A stretch of 64,000 nucleotides of DNA from Eledone cirrhosa (Eukaryota): positions 4,898,001 to 4,962,000 of the forward strand of contig OZ024740.1 of the NCBI GenBank assembly GCA_964016885.1, written 5' to 3'. Position 1 is the stretch's first letter. The number at the start of each line of letters is the position of its first letter. The notes beneath the pieces were generated by a model. It worked only from the letters and a program-made list of their open reading frames with translations, searched no databases and had not been told where the DNA came from. The position numbers and the translations under genes are program-made. Of this stretch, positions 62,440 through 64,000 are shown piece by piece.

Positions 62440-63958
62440 TTGTAGGATGGCTGTTGACTCTCGTGAGATGAAGGAATTAGAAGAGAGGATGGAGTAGCAT
62501 TTGCTGTTAAGGTTGTTCTTGTGGATAAATTGGAAGAATTCCCAGTGGGGATTAGTGAGCATCTTATGTTCGTGAGAATCCCGCTGGACAAAGGAAGGTA
62601 TACGACTTTGGTGTGTGTGTATGCTCCGACTATGAATTCTGTTGATGAGGAAAAAGTATCTTTCTACCATGCTTTGAAAGGTGTTACAGAAAAATATCCC
62701 TCAGGCAGACAAGGTCATCGTGCTGGGTGACTTTAATGCTAGAGTGGGTGGGTAGGGATCTTAACACATGAACTGTAATCGGAAGGCATAGGGTGGGAAA
62801 GTGTAACAACAATGGTATGCTCCTGCTGCAGATTTGTGAGGAGCTGGGTCTGTGTTACCAACACCATGTTCCAGCAAAAGAACAAATTTAAGATCACATG
62901 GTTGCATCCTGCATCTAAAGAATGGCATCTTTTGGACTATGTCCTTGTCGGGGTGCGTGACAGATGGGATGGGCAGTGTTTTCGTATTCTTTGTGGGACT
63001 GAGTGCTGGATGGACCACTGCCTGGTATGTGCAAAAGTGAAATTAACTACAAAATGCAAAATCCAGGCTGCTGGTGTTACCCTGCCTAAAAGACTGAATG
63101 TTGCTCGTCTTAGGGATATTAGTGTGAAGAGGACATTGTGAGAAGAGATGGATGTTGCAGATATTGGTGAGGATTGGCCGACCCTTAAAAATTCAGTTTA
63201 GGATGTAGACAAGTGTGTTCTGGGATTAGTACAAGACTGGTTTAAAGAAAATGATGAACATATAGATGAATTGTTGGCTAAGAGGCGTGCTCTATCACGC
63301 TACTTGGCAGCAAAGCCACAGGAGAAGAATATGTTGCATAAGGAACTCAAGGATGTGAAATCACATATGAGGCAGAGGCTCTCTTAGATGAAGGATCAGT
63401 GGTGGAGTGAGAAGGCTGATGAGATACAAGCTGTATCAGATTCAAATAACACAAAGCTGTTGTACAGTCTCTTGTGTGATGTTTATGGACCATCTTCTTC
63501 TCTGGTGATACCACTTCACAGCAGGGATGGCAAGGAACTTCTTCATGACTCACAAGGAATTCTGTGAAGGTGACAAGAGCACTTTGAGGAACTTTTGAAT
63601 CAGCCATCTGTCGTCAATGAAGATTTCCTCAATCTAATCCCTGAAAAACCTGTGAAAGTAGCTCTCGCAGAACCACCGACGCTTGTGGAGGTTGCAGTAG
63701 CTGTCTCGAAGCTGAACAGGGGAAGGTCTCCAGATATGGATGGCATACATGCAGAGTTCTTACAATATGGTGGTGAGAGACTTCTGCAACATCTTCACTC
63801 TTTGTTTGGCAGGATTTGGGCTAATGAATCCGCACCTGTGGACTGGCGAGATGCAGTAATGGTGGTCTTGTACAAGGGAAAGGGTAACAAGAATGATTGT
63901 GGAAACTACAGAGGTATATCATTGTTTTCTGTCGTAGGAAAAATTTTATGTAGGGTGC
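62440..63958 (+). mobile_element. RTE/BovB-like LINE fragment (APE and start of RT), decayed
   Basis: GVAFAVK, VYAPT, GDFNARVG, TWLHPASKEWHLLDYVLV, KGKGNKNDCGNYRGISL. Confidence 0.88.
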
Positions 63959-64000
63959 GTCATGTGGGTATACACGTCTGTCTGTCTGTATATCTCTGCC

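Overview
Repeat-saturated animal genomic DNA, most likely an octopod cephalopod (inferred from the SINE and RTE repertoire). The only host coding sequence I can support is a 143-nt minus-strand exon (15456-15598), missed by the ORF track, which matches exon 2 of Epac/RAPGEF4. Much or all of the window is therefore probably intronic. The rest is retroelements and repeats: two R4/Dong-type elements, L1/Tx1 copies, several RTE families (some with a PHD-like finger inside the RT), Penelope-like element (PLE) fragments, tRNA-derived SINEs, a non-autonomous Helitron, minisatellites and many (TA)n tracts. The main hidden signal is about 20 type I hammerhead ribozyme motifs from about a dozen sequence families between 18.8 and 62.4 kb. 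They sit in PLE terminal-repeat fragments beside (TA)n tracts, often inside long inverted repeats. All folds were read by eye and none was tested computationally or biochemically.
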